From Planctomycetota bacterium (GTDB lineage: Bacteria > Planctomycetota > UBA1135): 64,000 nt of DNA. The stretch spans positions 81,988 through 145,987 of the forward strand of contig JASMMA010000003.1 of assembly GCA_030748415.1 (NCBI GenBank). The letters are read 5' to 3'. The position numbers and the translations under genes are program-made. The notes below the pieces were generated by a model. That model had not been told where the DNA came from. It saw only the letters and a program-made list of their open reading frames with translations, and searched no databases. Below are positions 17,753 to 26,846 of the stretch, one piece after another (within the stretch, counting starts at the first letter, position 1; each line of letters begins with the position of its first letter).

Positions 17753-18472
17753 ATGCCCCCAACTCGCGCAATTTTTCTAGACGCCGGAAACACGCTCTTC
17801 ACCGAGCGCCGACCCCGTGCCGCCATTTATTCCACCGTCGCCCGAAGCCATGGCTCCCGCGCCAATGAAGACGACGCCGCAGATTTGATGGGTAGAGCCT
17901 TTGCTGAAATCCCATTTTCCGCCGAAGGGAACTTCCGGTACAGCACGGCTTGGTTTGAAACTTTCAATGAAATTGTCCTTCGTGAAATGGGTGTTTCTGA
18001 ATCTCGCTGGGAAAGCGCACATAAGGAATTAATTGAACGCTTTGAAAGCCCAAAAACCTACAAGCTTTTCAAGGAGACAGAGGCCGTTTTACGCGAATTG
18101 TCGAACCTCGGACTCACCTTGGGCGTTGTGTCTAACTGGTCAGAACGACTCCCTGTGCTCCTTGGGGCTCTCGGGATTTCCGACAAGTTTGATTTCATCG
18201 TAACCAGTGCCGAAATGCGTGCCGAAAAGCCGAACCGTTCCATCTTTGAAAGAGCCCTCTTTAGAGCGGGCGTTCCCGCAGATGAGGTCCTCCATGTTGG
18301 GGACCACTTTGAACGAGATGTCCGTGGCGCTCAATCCTCAGGGATTCGTGCCGCGCACCTCGACCGAATGGCTGAAGGGGCTGGCATTACCAAAGAGGGC
18401 GTCCCCGTGATTGCGGACCTCGGCGGTATCCTGTCGCTGGTTGAACAAACCAGCCATGCCTCCCGCTCCTGA
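17753..18472 (+). CDS. HAD-superfamily hydrolase (subfamily IA-like)
   Basis: Motif I is FLDAGNTLF, motif II is VVSNW, and the C-terminal motif is VGDHFERDV. ATG 17753 is preferred over the TTG at 17675 given in the track. Confidence 0.75.
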   Translation: MPPTRAIFLDAGNTLFTERRPRAAIYSTVARSHGSRANEDDAADLMGRAFAEIPFSAEGNFRYSTAWFETFNEIVLREMGVSESRWESAHKELIERFESPKTYKLFKETEAVLRELSNLGLTLGVVSNWSERLPVLLGALGISDKFDFIVTSAEMRAEKPNRSIFERALFRAGVPADEVLHVGDHFERDVRGAQSSGIRAAHLDRMAEGAGITKEGVPVIADLGGILSLVEQTSHASRS

Positions 18473-19436
18473 CGCCTCTGCCTCCTTAGACCAGGCCTCC
18501 GCATCTGCAGTTAGCTTGCTCCAAGAACTTCGCTCGCGCCACATTGGTGACGATGCAAATGTTGAATTCTTGGTAGCCGCTTTTTTCGCGGGCGGCCATG
18601 TGCTAATTGAGGGAGCTCCTGGGCTGGGGAAGACTCGCCTTATCCATGGACTCGCCCAAAAACTTGGTCTGTCTTTTGGCCGAATCCAATGTACGCCCGA
18701 CCTGATGCCATTTGATATCACTGGAAGTGAAATCCTTGCCCGAGAAGGTGATGGATTTCAATTTTTAGAAGGTCCGGTTTTTACAAATATCCTCCTCGCA
18801 GACGAGATAAACCGCGCAACTCCTCGTACCCAGTCCGCACTTCTTGAGGCTATGGAAGAGCGGCAAGTAACCGCCGGAACCAAAACTCACTCCTTGCCGA
18901 ATCCGTTTTTCGTTGCCGCAACCCAAAACCCTATTGAGCTAGAAGGAACATATCCTTTGCCAGAAGCTCAACTGGATCGCTTTATTTTTAAGTTAGAGCT
19001 ATCTCGCCCCTCGGCCAAAACTTTGCAGGCTATTTTAGAGCTCGACTATGGTGAATCTTCTGGTCCATCTTTTCTTGATGAAGATTCAGTTAAAGGGATT
19101 CAGGAACTTGTCGCGCTAATGCCCCTCCCCAACACAGCAACCGCTCAAATCGCAGCTCTCATCTCTGCTACCCACCCAGAGGACAACTCTGCTCCTGAAA
19201 TTGTGCGCAAAAATGTTCGTTGGGGAGCAAGCCCTCGTGCAGGACTCGCCATTCTTGCTGGCGCACAATCCCTAGCACTCCTTCGTGGGCGTGCGCATGT
19301 TTCTCCCGAAGATCTCCGCGACGCCGCTGTGCCAGCCCTCCGCCACAGAATTGCGCTTCGGTACGAATCCGTCGCATCTGGTGTCGGCGTTAGCGATGTC
19401 ATTTCGGAAGTCCTTAAAAATCATTCCATACAATGA
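18456..19436 (+). CDS. MoxR-family AAA+ ATPase
   Basis: Walker A is GAPGLGKT and Walker B is LLADEINRA, followed by PRTQSALLEAMEERQVT. ATG 18456 is preferred over the upstream start at 18411. Confidence 0.85.
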   Translation: MPPAPDASASLDQASASAVSLLQELRSRHIGDDANVEFLVAAFFAGGHVLIEGAPGLGKTRLIHGLAQKLGLSFGRIQCTPDLMPFDITGSEILAREGDGFQFLEGPVFTNILLADEINRATPRTQSALLEAMEERQVTAGTKTHSLPNPFFVAATQNPIELEGTYPLPEAQLDRFIFKLELSRPSAKTLQAILELDYGESSGPSFLDEDSVKGIQELVALMPLPNTATAQIAALISATHPEDNSAPEIVRKNVRWGASPRAGLAILAGAQSLALLRGRAHVSPEDLRDAAVPALRHRIALRYESVASGVGVSDVISEVLKNHSIQ

Positions 19437-20323
19437 GCCTGAACTGCCTTGCTGCCTTATGCCAATTCAAACCCGCTCTTGGGGATTTAGATGGCAACCT
19501 TGAGAAGCACCACGAATGGCTCGACCGCGCTGCTAAAGAAAGTGCAGACTTGGTTTTATTTCCAGAGCTTTCCCTTACGGGATATTTCTTGCGTGATTTA
19601 ACCCAAGACTCGGGGCTAACACTTCAAAGCTCGATAGTCCAAGATTTGGTTTCTCGCTCCAAAGACAGGAGTATTGTTTTTGGGTTCATCGAGGAAAGTG
19701 AAGATCATCGCTTCTTTAACTCGATGCTCTTCGCTGAAGATGGCAAAATTCTTCATGTCCATCGAAAGGTACATCTTCCGGACTATGGGATCTTTGAGGA
19801 GGGCCGTTACTTCGCACATGGCAACTCGTTTGATGTTGTTCAAAGCCGCTTAGGTCGTTTCGGTATTTTGACTTGCGAAGATGCGTGGCACTTGGACTCT
19901 GCCTGGCTTCAATTCCTTCAAGGGGTAGATGCTTTTCTCATCCCAAGCGCTTCACCCGCACGAGGCATTGACACAGATGCACCTGAGCTTTCTTCCCAAA
20001 CTGCATGGCGTACACTTAATTCAGCAATTTCTCTTTTCATGCAATCTTGGGTGCTTCATTGCAACCGTGTCGGGTTCGAAGACGGCGCTATGTACTGGGG
20101 AGCATCTTCGATTACCTCCCCGTTTGGCTACCCCGTAGCCGAAGCCCCTGGCGAAGAAGAGCATCTGTTATTGCACTCCTTATCAAGTGACCCGATTCGA
20201 CGCGCGCGAACATTCACTCCATTGCGCCGCGACGCGCGGCCCGACCTAGTTCGCCTTCACCTCGCGCGAATGCTTCAAGACCCTGATGCGTTACTGGCAG
20301 CGGAACAGGGAAACAAAAGTTAG
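19433..20323 (+). CDS. Carbon-nitrogen hydrolase (nitrilase superfamily); probable glutaminase partner of NadE
   Basis: The Glu-Lys-Cys triad contexts are present: FPELSLTGY, HRKVHLP and LTCEDAW. The gene ends 2 nt before nadE. Confidence 0.8.
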   Translation: MSLNCLAALCQFKPALGDLDGNLEKHHEWLDRAAKESADLVLFPELSLTGYFLRDLTQDSGLTLQSSIVQDLVSRSKDRSIVFGFIEESEDHRFFNSMLFAEDGKILHVHRKVHLPDYGIFEEGRYFAHGNSFDVVQSRLGRFGILTCEDAWHLDSAWLQFLQGVDAFLIPSASPARGIDTDAPELSSQTAWRTLNSAISLFMQSWVLHCNRVGFEDGAMYWGASSITSPFGYPVAEAPGEEEHLLLHSLSSDPIRRARTFTPLRRDARPDLVRLHLARMLQDPDALLAAEQGNKS

Positions 20324-20325
20324 TT

Positions 20326-21183
20326 GTGAGTGAACGCACACTTCCTCCGCCTCCGGGCTGCAATGTGGAGCTTGCCGAGAAGGTTCTTTCGGCTTTTTTG
20401 CGAGAGGAGGTGGGTAAGTTCGGAATCAAGCGCGTCGTCCTCGGTTTGTCGGGCGGAATTGACTCTGCCCTTGTGCTTGAGCTTGCCGCACGAAGTTTGG
20501 GACCAGAAAATGTCACCCCAGTCGCCATGCCGTACAGGACAAGCAACCCAATTAGCTTGTCTCTAGCGACCGAAGCGGCCAAGCACGCCGGTACGGATAT
20601 GGAAGTTGTGGACATTTCAGACATTGCGGACTCCCATATCCAAAAAGCTGGAATTGAAGATGATGATTCTCCGGCAGCGCGCTTGCGGAAAGGAAACATC
20701 ATGGCACGCGCTCGAATGGTCGTCCTTTACGACCTAAGCGCAAGGGACAGCGCTCTTGTTTTGGGCACTTCCAATAAAGCTGAACTATTGCTTGGCTATG
20801 GAACCATTCACGGCGACATGGCCTCGGCAATCAATCCAATTGGAGACCTTTACAAGTCCCAAGTATTTGCCCTTTCGCGCCACTTAAATGTCCCCTCGGG
20901 AATCGTGGACCGGCCACCAAGTGCCGACCTGTGGGAAGGGCAAACCGACGAAGAAGAGCTTGGCTTCTCTTACGATGAAGTTGACTCCTTGCTCCACTTG
21001 CAAGTTGATCGGCGCTATTCTTCTGAAGAACTGCAAAAACTGGGCTTTCAAAAGAGTTTCATTGAAGTCATTTCAAAGCGGGTTCGTGCGAATCAATACA
21101 AACGCCGACCGCCCGTTATTGCAAAACTAGCCAACCGTACTATTAATTTAGATTATCGTTATGCTCGCGATTGGGGAGCTTAG
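20326..21183 (+). CDS. nadE: NAD+ synthetase (synthetase domain only)
   Basis: It carries the PP-loop SGGIDS, plus TSNKAELLLGYGTIHGD and the YKSQV motif. Confidence 0.85.
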   Translation: MSERTLPPPPGCNVELAEKVLSAFLREEVGKFGIKRVVLGLSGGIDSALVLELAARSLGPENVTPVAMPYRTSNPISLSLATEAAKHAGTDMEVVDISDIADSHIQKAGIEDDDSPAARLRKGNIMARARMVVLYDLSARDSALVLGTSNKAELLLGYGTIHGDMASAINPIGDLYKSQVFALSRHLNVPSGIVDRPPSADLWEGQTDEEELGFSYDEVDSLLHLQVDRRYSSEELQKLGFQKSFIEVISKRVRANQYKRRPPVIAKLANRTINLDYRYARDWGA

Positions 21184-21680
21184 GCCGCTTCACCACGGAC
21201 GAGCAAATCGCAAAGTTCCTCTAAGTCGGTAGAGTGAATTTCGTTTGGGGTTACTGGCCCCAAGGTTCTGAACCGGCAATATTCAGCGAAAGACATAACC
21301 TCTACATAATCACGAAATGTCATTTTCAATTGAAGCTGGTTCCGCGAGTGAGAAGGTAATGGTTTTGTATCTTCCGCATGCAATAAAATTCGACGGGCAC
21401 GATGGCACACGCTTAGGGTGTGCTCTAAGTTCATCATTACTTTCCGGAGCCTAACATCTTCATTTGGCTCAGCCTCTAAGTTTTCATCCACCTTAGACCG
21501 CGCAACTTCTAATACCGAGATTAGGGCCTCAACCTTGCAGAGCAATTTCCTGCGGAAGGCTGGGTCGGCTAACTGCTGTGCAGGAACGGAGGGGATGGGG
21601 TCGTACATGTTTCTGTAGGTGGGGGATTTTGGGCAAATGCCAAGACCCCAGAAGACTACCCCTAAAAATGGTCCGTCCAC
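21180..21680 (-). CDS. Hypothetical protein
   Basis: This is the last ORF of the minus-strand ECF operon. An alternative ATG lies at 21608. No motif was recognised. Confidence 0.45.
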   Translation of the reverse strand: MDGPFLGVVFWGLGICPKSPTYRNMYDPIPSVPAQQLADPAFRRKLLCKVEALISVLEVARSKVDENLEAEPNEDVRLRKVMMNLEHTLSVCHRARRILLHAEDTKPLPSHSRNQLQLKMTFRDYVEVMSFAEYCRFRTLGPVTPNEIHSTDLEELCDLLVRGEAA

Positions 21681-21715
21681 GGATTTCGGGGGAGAAATCC
21701 GACAAATTGGAGCAA

Positions 21716-23449
21716 TTAGTAGCTCGACAGGGCCCTTAGTAGGGAAAATTCCTGCCGATAATTCAGCCCTTCCACCGTTGCTGAAAGCCGATCTGCTTGG
21801 TAGGGGTCCCCTAGAAACCCAAGGGCAAGCACCATGTGGGCCACATCTGCGGGGGAATGTTTGCTAGAAGAACTCTTCAGTTCATTTGTGATGAGCTCTT
21901 GGGCCGCGGCAGAGTGGGTGAGCGCCAAAGAGCGTGCGGCCGACAATCTAACCGAAGCATTGCTTTCGCCAATCACCATCTTGGCTGCTTGAACCGCACC
22001 CTCCTCTGTGTTCAGTAAAGCCCATCCAAGGGCAAGGCCTCGACGGGAATCTGCCTGTGAGTTGCCATTCTCATGAACTTCCTTGAGGGTCTGAGCGGCT
22101 TTTTCCCCACCCAAGTAGCCCAAAGCGATACACAAGTAGCCGACAAAATCAGGGTCGCCACCCTTCCGAAGTGCTGCCTCGGAAAATTGTTCGACAGTCC
22201 TTTGGTCGCCATGAAAAGCTAAGCCAAGCGCGAGAGCTCCTCGAAGCCGCTCTTCGTCACGACGCATTTTTAATGAAGCCGGATCGTCTTCCCACGGGTC
22301 GCGCTTCTCTTTGCTAATAAACTCATTGAAAACATCTTCGATTAACGCATCAGATTTCGACAACCCAACTGCAATTCCCCAAGCGGCCTGAAGTTGGCGA
22401 TGCTTTTGGGTAATTGGGGCTAAGGCTTCCAAGTGACTCGTTGAAGTTTCTCCCCCTAACTGCCCGATGGCTAATAGGCATAAGATGCGCGTTTGCAAAT
22501 CAACAGGGGCGCTGGCCACTTCGGCGAGAACGGGGATTGCGCCTGTGTCCCCAAGGGAAGATATCGCTTGGGCGGCTGCTCTTTGGAGAGCAGGATCTCT
22601 TCCTCGAAGTTGTCGAACGAGCCAACCGCGAGATGAAGAATCTCCGATCGCACCAAGAGCCCAACAAATTAAACTCCGCACACGCCGGGATGCCGCGGCA
22701 GCATTACTGCTTAACTCAGCACCACCCATAACTAAAGCCGGGACAAAACCCTCAGAACCTTGGAGGCCTGCGCCCCAAATCGTGGCTAGAAGAAGCCGTT
22801 CTTGCTCCCCAAAAAGCCGGTCGGTCTTTAGGTTTCGTTCAAGCGCCATTCGAAGAAGCTCTGCGGCCTCCTTTCTTCCGCTTAGCCCCATTCCTATCGC
22901 AGCAAAACATTGGTCGTTGATGGGCCCCTTCGTTTCTGAAAACCGCTCACCTAAATAGACAAGCGCCCGGTCGTTGTCTAAAAGCCCCAAGCCTAAGAGC
23001 GCTGCCTGGCGAACTTGAGCAATAGAATCCTCCGCTGCGGATAAAAGAAAAGGCAGGGAGCTTGAATCTCCAATCCTTCCAATAGAAAGAGCCGAAGCCT
23101 CACGAACTTCAGGGAAGGGAGACTCGATTAGCTTGTGTAATAGCGGAAGCGAAGTTCCTAATACTTGCTCCCTGGAAAGCCGCCATTCGCCAAGCCCGTA
23201 ATTCCCGTTCGGAAGGAGCAATCGTGTTTGCTCACGGCTTTTTCCTTGGAAAAGGTTGCTGCGCTCATACTCGAACCAAAACTCCCATCGGTTCCAACCG
23301 TCAATAAGGATTGCTTCCCGAGTACTCTCCCTTGATGCAACTTCAGCGGCGAGCACTTCATCGTAAGGGCCTCGGTAAGCGCCACGAATCAGCGGTCTTT
23401 CCTGAGGAAGAATAGCGAAGCTTAAGGCGGGGAGGCAGAGTAGCAACAT
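21716..23449 (-). CDS. HEAT/armadillo-repeat protein with signal peptide
   Basis: Repeated VR..AA.ALG..GD..A.P.L units occur throughout, for example EVREASALSIGRIGDSSSLPFLL and QVRQAALLGLGLL. Confidence 0.65.
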   Translation of the reverse strand: MLLLCLPALSFAILPQERPLIRGAYRGPYDEVLAAEVASRESTREAILIDGWNRWEFWFEYERSNLFQGKSREQTRLLLPNGNYGLGEWRLSREQVLGTSLPLLHKLIESPFPEVREASALSIGRIGDSSSLPFLLSAAEDSIAQVRQAALLGLGLLDNDRALVYLGERFSETKGPINDQCFAAIGMGLSGRKEAAELLRMALERNLKTDRLFGEQERLLLATIWGAGLQGSEGFVPALVMGGAELSSNAAAASRRVRSLICWALGAIGDSSSRGWLVRQLRGRDPALQRAAAQAISSLGDTGAIPVLAEVASAPVDLQTRILCLLAIGQLGGETSTSHLEALAPITQKHRQLQAAWGIAVGLSKSDALIEDVFNEFISKEKRDPWEDDPASLKMRRDEERLRGALALGLAFHGDQRTVEQFSEAALRKGGDPDFVGYLCIALGYLGGEKAAQTLKEVHENGNSQADSRRGLALGWALLNTEEGAVQAAKMVIGESNASVRLSAARSLALTHSAAAQELITNELKSSSSKHSPADVAHMVLALGFLGDPYQADRLSATVEGLNYRQEFSLLRALSSY

Positions 23450-23477
23450 GTCCCCTTCAGTATGCGCAGGCTCCTTG

Positions 23478-24518
23478 TTAGTTCATAGCGCCAAGAACTG
23501 CGAGCAGTTCCTGGGATGGCAGTGAACCCACAACGTAAGTGCGAACGGAGCGGACATCGCCCTCCATTACCCGAATGCCGCCAACTTCCGCTTCACGAGC
23601 AAGGACAACCTCGGGGAAAACTCCACCTGGGCTCCCTGTCCTTAATTGTTGGGCGACCATCATGTTTACAAGGCCGTCACTCAGAATCTCCATATGGAGA
23701 TTGGGCATTTGGCTTCCGTAGGTCATCTGGGCCAAGACGATGCGCTGTTCTCCGTGAGAGAAACCTGCAGGGTAATAAATCACAGGGTTCGGAGAAAACC
23801 CTAGAAGACTATCGTCCGTTGGGCCGTTGTAGTCTTGATCAGGGGCAATCGGCTGCGACCAAAGAACATTGCTCAGGTCGGGGGTTTCATCCAAAGAGTC
23901 CGTCGAAAGTTGGCAAACCAAAGCGCCGGCAGAGTCGCGCCTAGTCCAGCCCATAACCAAGTTGCTTTGTTGGTCCACCACAAACTCAACGCTTCCGAGT
24001 GAGTAAATGGACTCGGCTAGATAACGGACACAAGTGCGACCGGCCATCGAAACTGTTCCCGGAAGTTCAGTCCATGTGTAGTTTTGCCGAACCCGGTTTT
24101 CGTTGTGAATCCGAAAGTCTCGATAATGAACAAGATAGCGCTGGCGAGTGATGTAGCTGGACTGCCAAAAAGTACCGGGGGCGCTAAAGGCAACGGAATC
24201 GTCTTCTGCAACACCAACAACATCGAGACTAAATTGGCCAAGCCCGTCGGCCCAAAGGACTTCTTGGAAGCGGTCGGAACGACCGTTGGCATCAATTACT
24301 TCATAAGTACGGGCTTGCCGTAGAAGAGTGTCTTTGGGGTAAACAAAGTCTGCCAAAGGAAGGGCTGCGGCACCAGTTCCTGTGTGTCCGGGTTGCCCGG
24401 ATTGGCCAGACTGCCCACTGAGCAAAGAGACGCTTGTTCCTGGGCGAGCTTGTTGCGGAAGGCAACCAGCAAGACAAGCAACCAAAAGAAAAACTAGAGT
24501 TGTCCGAACTAGGTTCAT
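23478..24518 (-). CDS. Lipoprotein, possibly MucB/RseB-like
   Basis: It has a signal peptide with lipobox LAGC and sits directly after the sigma/anti-sigma pair. The C-terminal RTYVVGSLPSQELLAVLGAM recalls the RseB C-terminus. Confidence 0.45.
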   Translation of the reverse strand: MNLVRTTLVFLLVACLAGCLPQQARPGTSVSLLSGQSGQSGQPGHTGTGAAALPLADFVYPKDTLLRQARTYEVIDANGRSDRFQEVLWADGLGQFSLDVVGVAEDDSVAFSAPGTFWQSSYITRQRYLVHYRDFRIHNENRVRQNYTWTELPGTVSMAGRTCVRYLAESIYSLGSVEFVVDQQSNLVMGWTRRDSAGALVCQLSTDSLDETPDLSNVLWSQPIAPDQDYNGPTDDSLLGFSPNPVIYYPAGFSHGEQRIVLAQMTYGSQMPNLHMEILSDGLVNMMVAQQLRTGSPGGVFPEVVLAREAEVGGIRVMEGDVRSVRTYVVGSLPSQELLAVLGAMN

Positions 24519-24946
24519 CGGGAAACCTCTAGTGATGCGCCCATGGAGGCCGCAAGAATGCGAGCAGAGGGCGACAGTTGATTAGGAGTAACAGACAGTG
24601 CGGTCACGCGGGATGCGTAGTAATCACGCAACTCGTTGTGAGCGGAAAGAGATGCCGAAGAATCCGTAGCGGTTGGCTGAAAGCCATCGGTCACAAAACT
24701 CAATGTGACAAGCAACAACACCGCAGCGGCGGCAGCCAGGCGGGGGAAGGCAAAAATCGGAGTGGTGGGTTGTGAAGCTGCAACCACCTCAGGCAGTATG
24801 CGCTCCCATAGCTCTTCGGGAGCCTCCACCTCCTCCATCAACGAAAGCGACACCCGATCCCAAAGCTCGTCAGGAGCTTGGGCATTACCCAAGGCGCGAA
24901 GCTCAGCTTCAAGCTCTTCAGGTAAGGGTCGGACTGTGTCGTTCAT
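24515..24946 (-). CDS. Putative anti-sigma factor (single TM)
   Basis: It begins 8 nt downstream of the ECF sigma gene. A short cytoplasmic N-terminus is followed by one TM (LAAAAAVLLLVTLSFV). Confidence 0.5.
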   Translation of the reverse strand: MNDTVRPLPEELEAELRALGNAQAPDELWDRVSLSLMEEVEAPEELWERILPEVVAASQPTTPIFAFPRLAAAAAVLLLVTLSFVTDGFQPTATDSSASLSAHNELRDYYASRVTALSVTPNQLSPSARILAASMGASLEVSR

Positions 24947-24954
24947 TGTTTGTT

Positions 24955-25545
24955 TTATTGTGTGCCTTCGCGTTCAAGGAATTCGCGGAGGGCGGCGTGT
25001 GCACGATTGAGCCGTGATTTCACCGTGCCAAGACTGCACTCCAGAACTTCTGCTATCTCATCGTAGGAAAGATTTTCCATGTATCGAAGGACAAGGAGTG
25101 AGGCAAACTTGGGGTTAATCCGTCGAAGGGCTTGACGAACAGAAACCCGAGCTTCTTCCCCCTCAGCTTGAAGGGTTGGGTCTGCAGCTTCAGAAGAGGC
25201 AGGCTCCAGAGCCGATCCAGCCTCGATATTGGCCAGGAAGGTTGTGACTTGCCCGCGTGTGCCTGCCAGCCGACGGCGGCGGACATCAATGGCGGCGTTT
25301 ACCGCAATCCTGTAAACCCAAGAAGAGAAACGGCTACGGTAAGCAAAATCGCCCATTCTGCGAGACAAGGTAATCATGGTCTCTTGCGCTGCGTCAAGGG
25401 CATCTTCCTCGTTGCCAGTCACTCGAAGGCAGATGGTGAAAACTCGATTCTTGTAAAGATCGTAGAGTTGTCGGTATGCGGCTTGAAATTCGGCCCCGGC
25501 AGTCTCTTGGCACCGCTTAACGAGTTCTTGCTCGGTGGAATTCAC
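24955..25545 (-). CDS. ECF (RpoE-like) sigma-70 family factor
   Basis: Region 2 is YDLYKNRVFTICLRVTGNEEDALDAAQETMI and FSSWVYRIAVNAAID. Region 4 is LRYMENLSYDEIAEVLECSLGTVKSRLNRA. Confidence 0.85.
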   Translation of the reverse strand: MNSTEQELVKRCQETAGAEFQAAYRQLYDLYKNRVFTICLRVTGNEEDALDAAQETMITLSRRMGDFAYRSRFSSWVYRIAVNAAIDVRRRRLAGTRGQVTTFLANIEAGSALEPASSEAADPTLQAEGEEARVSVRQALRRINPKFASLLVLRYMENLSYDEIAEVLECSLGTVKSRLNRAHAALREFLEREGTQ

Positions 25546-25558
25546 GGTGTGCAGTTAG

Positions 25559-25584
25559 GACGGCAGAGGGTTAGTTGAGGTTCC
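25559..25584 (-). promoter_or_regulatory. Candidate ECF-type autoregulated promoter (GGAAC-N17-CGTC)
   Basis: The minus strand reads TGGAACCTCAACTAACCCTCTGCCGTCCTAA, ending 13 nt before the GTG start. The resulting leader would be unusually short. Confidence 0.35.
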
Positions 25585-25715
25585 AGGAATTCTTGTTTTT
25601 TCTGGACTCCCTAAGTCTAGTGATTTCCTAACTTTGGGACAAATCGACATAGAATTGCGATTTCCTAGCACAAAAGGGAAATGGTCGCGCTAAACCCTGT
25701 CCAAATAATGGCTTA

Positions 25716-26846
25716 TCAGCCGCCGAGCAAACCAACCACATCAATCCCAACAACTGTGTCACCTGAAGTGGCTGAGCATCCGGCCAAACAAAGGGCACCT
25801 GGGAGAGGGTCACAAGCTGCAGAAGTAACCTGGTAAAGGATTCTGCCTGCGCCTAGATTGGCAATCGCCTCTAGGGATTGGAGGCAAACGGCATCTTGGG
25901 TGCCGCTTTGGGGAGGCCCCTCGCCAGGGTCAACAGGAACAAGGCCGCCAGACGGGTTTCCGCTACCAGAATTGCTATTCCCGGAATTCCCAGAACCTGA
26001 ACCTAGGGCGTTGGAGTCCACATAAGTGCGGGGGCGGACTGTGGCAAACATAGATTCCCAAACCAACTGACCCAATTCAGAGCCAGCGTGAGTCAGGGTA
26101 ACTGCCTGAGCCAATATTGCTTGGTCCATCACGACTTGGGCAGCGATGGAGACAGTTGGCTGAGTCGCGAACCAACTTGCGGGAAGGCGATAGCGGATAC
26201 GGTCGATATGCCAACCACTACTATTTGAGGCAAAAGAAGCCGTGTCAACAAAGTAGGGCAAAAGCTGGGCGTAGCCGAAAGTGCGAAGGCTAGTCGGCAG
26301 AGCACGAACTAATTGGAACTCATAAATGGAGGTGGCGTTTTGCCCGTAAATGTCCAGAATGAAATCCTGGCCGTTTGAATAAACATTGAAGTAGAGGGCG
26401 GTATCGGCGGGAGGATGGGTCCCTGGAGCTTCGTAAACCAAGGGGGCTGAGCCAGACATAATCTCTTGAAGATCTGTTAGCCCATCTTGGTCGGTGTCAG
26501 CCACGGTGGGATCAGTACCAATTCGAACCTCCAGTATGTCATCGAGACCATCGCCATCGCAGTCCACTAAAGGAGCACCTGAAGCCCCTGAAGCCCCTGA
26601 AGCGCGCAAATCATTACCCTCAGAGGGGACACCCACGGCAAAAAAAAGCACGAGGGCGAAAGCTAGGAGGGATGGTGCGGATTTAAACATGGCAAGTGGT
26701 TGACCTTTCAACCAGGGAGGGAAGTCCCAGAGTAACAGGTTTTGGACAAGAATTGTGGGCAAAACTGCCACAAATCCTATGTTTAGTAGAGCGGGCAACT
26801 GTGCTGGGGTTACAAGGATATCTGTGATGCCTTTTATGGCATTCAA
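25716..26846 (-). CDS. Secreted protein with thrombospondin-type-3-like calcium-binding repeats
   Basis: It carries DCDGDGLDDILEVRIGTDPTVADTDQDGLTDLQE and a Gly/Ser/Asn low-complexity tract. The track start overlaps the kinase stop by 4 nt. The internal ATG at 26690 gives a cleaner signal peptide (MFKSAPSLLAFALVLFFAVG). Confidence 0.6.
   Translation of the reverse strand: MNAIKGITDILVTPAQLPALLNIGFVAVLPTILVQNLLLWDFPPWLKGQPLAMFKSAPSLLAFALVLFFAVGVPSEGNDLRASGASGASGAPLVDCDGDGLDDILEVRIGTDPTVADTDQDGLTDLQEIMSGSAPLVYEAPGTHPPADTALYFNVYSNGQDFILDIYGQNATSIYEFQLVRALPTSLRTFGYAQLLPYFVDTASFASNSSGWHIDRIRYRLPASWFATQPTVSIAAQVVMDQAILAQAVTLTHAGSELGQLVWESMFATVRPRTYVDSNALGSGSGNSGNSNSGSGNPSGGLVPVDPGEGPPQSGTQDAVCLQSLEAIANLGAGRILYQVTSAACDPLPGALCLAGCSATSGDTVVGIDVVGLLGG

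Noticed and set aside
25716-26020. C-terminus of the TSP3-repeat protein as a sixth member of the shared C-terminal domain family
   Set aside because: It contains GRILYQV, but the spacing does not fit the G-x2-[VIF]-[WYH]-x-Q-x-V block. The upstream block is also absent.
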